From Anaeramoeba ignava BMAN (taxonomy: Eukaryota; Protista; Anaeramoebae): 64,000 nucleotides of DNA. The notes under the pieces are model-generated. The model saw nothing but the letters and a program-made list of their open reading frames with translations, was not told where the DNA came from and did no database searches. The translations under genes and the position numbers were made by a program. The stretch lies in the NCBI GenBank assembly GCA_028826165.1, contig JAPDFW010000044.1, forward strand, positions 248,001 to 312,000, in the 5' to 3' direction. Position 1 is the first letter of the stretch; each line of letters begins with the position of its first letter. Shown here in pieces: positions 62,132 to 64,000 of this stretch.

Positions 62132-63894
62132 TTAATTTTGATTATTAAATTTTTTAATTAATAAATCAAATAAATTTGGATTTGTTTGATTTAATTGAAA
62201 ATAATCAATTCCAATTTTGAATTTCATCAATTATTTCTTGTGTAATCTCAATTCCTTCCTTTAATTTGATTTGAATAAATCCAATATTCTAATATTTGGA
62301 ATGATTTATTACTTAATTCACTATAATCTGTAACTTTATTTGATTTATCTTCTGTTACAGATAAAAACATTCCTCGATATAATTCACTTCTCATTATTAA
62401 TATTAATTTAGGAAATTTATATTGTTTTTCTTTTCTTTCAATTATAAAATCTTTTTCATTTTCATTTTCATTTAAATAAATTCTTTTCATTGTTTCTTCA
62501 ATTTTTTCATTTGAATTTATAATTTCTTTAATTTCAGAATATAATATTGGATTTATTTTGGAATTGTTTGAATAAATCATTTCAAATATTTGATTTGATT
62601 CTTTAATTGATTTATTTGAAATAATTTCTTGAAGTTTTTCAATTTGATTTTCATTTTGATTTAATCTATATTTCAATATTAATTTATGAGCTTCAATTAT
62701 TTCTCCATTTTTGGTTTTAAATGAAATATCACAAAATTCTTTTCTTCTAAATAGTTTTATCAAATCTTCTTCAAGATTGGAAAAAGAAGGAGAATAATAA
62801 AGAAATGATTTGTGATATCCACAAGAAATATGATAATTAGAAATATTTTCATTAAATCTTAATTTAGGAAGTTCAATTTGAATTTGGATTGATTTATTTT
62901 TTGTATCTCCAGTTCCTAATTGACCATAAAAATTATATCCAAATCCTATCAATTTTGAATTAGAAGTTAAAATCAAAGTATGAGAATATCCACAAGAAAT
63001 CTCAAGAATATAATCATCTTCAAATAAAGATGATTTGATTTCAGTAAATTCATAAGTATCTTCATCTTCTTTACCAAGTCCATTACATTCATAATCTCCA
63101 CATGAATAAAGTTTTCTTTTTTGATTTTCATTTTCAATCAACATTATTGAATAAGAATATCCACATTGAATATCGATTATTTTGCCTTTTGGAATATTTT
63201 GGATTTTAGTTAATTTTTGGATTTTTGTTTCTTCTTTTCTTGATTCTCCTAATCCAACTTGAGCATATACATTATCACCACATCCAAATAATTCTTGATT
63301 TGAATTTAAAAGAAAAAAATGATTTGAAGAACTTCCTGAAAATATTTTAGAAACATTTTTCATCATTAAAATTGGTTTTTCTGTTTCATAAACTATTGTA
63401 GAATCAATACCAAGTTCACCATGCAGATTATCTCCAATTCCATAAACATTTTGATTTGAAGTTAATAAGTAAATTGTATTCTCTCCAGAAACAATATCTT
63501 GAATTATTCTATCATTTGTATCTTCAATTAATGATGAAATATTGATAAATTCTTTTGGATTTTCTGGATTAATATAGCTTCCTTTGGCAAATACATTTCC
63601 TTCTATTGTTAAAATAGCTTCATCCCAATTACTAACAGTTACTTTTTGAATATCTTCAATTTGGATTTTTTCAGGATTTTGATTTGAATCATCTTCTTCA
63701 TTTAAATATTCTATTGCTTTTCCATTTTCAAAAAGGAATATTGTTGAATGACTTCCTGTTGAAATTTTTTTAATTTGTTTTTCATTTTCATTTTCATTTT
63801 CAAATTTAAATTGAATTGGTTTTGTTATTGAATCTGGTTCATTTTTGAAAAGTTTTGGATATTTATTTCTTCCAAAAAATATAATTTCATTCAT
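62132..63894 (-). CDS. RCC1-repeat + tandem BTB protein (copy 5; single-base insertions near the 3' end; no CaaX)
   Basis: ORF 62248-63894 is a close paralog of copies 1-4. Homology (GIDYFQLNQTNPNLFDLL) continues out of frame to a stop at ~62132. Confidence 0.8.
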
Positions 63895-64000
63895 TTTGAA
63901 AAAGAAAAAAATGAAAAAATAAATTTTTGAATTTAAATTTAAATTTAATTTTAATTTTGAATTTGATTTTAATTTTAATTTTAATTTTGATTTTTAAATT

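Noticed and set aside
2110-62260. Frequent frameshifts (BTB-TLDc copies, myotubularin 5' exon, WDR75, RCC1 copies 4 and 5, PRMT5, SDR) as programmed frameshifting or phase variation
   Set aside because: Almost all lie in homopolymer or microsatellite runs, including in essential genes, so long-read indel error is the simpler explanation.

Overview
Extremely AT-rich, gene-dense, intron-containing nuclear DNA of a eukaryotic microbe. The composition, poly-NQ/NE tracts, BTB-adaptor expansions and a nuclear intein suggest the anaerobic amoeba Anaeramoeba; this is inference only. About 23 protein genes or gene remnants are supported: a RhoGEF (partial), three BTB-BACK-TLDc paralogs, a bacterial-type trehalose synthase with 6 introns, Nup160-like, SRP9 (absent from the ORF track), myotubularin, CAF1, G-alpha, WDR75, five RCC1-BTB paralogs (three ending in CaaX), a GT61 glycosyltransferase, a MUN-domain protein, a WH2-CDC123-like ATP-grasp, PRMT5, an SDR, a LisH-RasGEF, an ARM-RCC1-BTB and an ankyrin-BTB. 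The standout is a 370-aa intein with a decayed LAGLIDADG endonuclease inserted in the myotubularin catalytic motif (HCSDGWDR/intein/T, 16046-17155). Also notable are a modular family of tandem-BTB adaptors, an ARM array with one repeat per symmetric exon, and a WH2-led ATP-grasp ligase. Many small frameshifts and two garbled exons are probably assembly errors. No rRNA, tRNA or CRISPR was seen. Exon boundaries were read by eye and no database searches were run.
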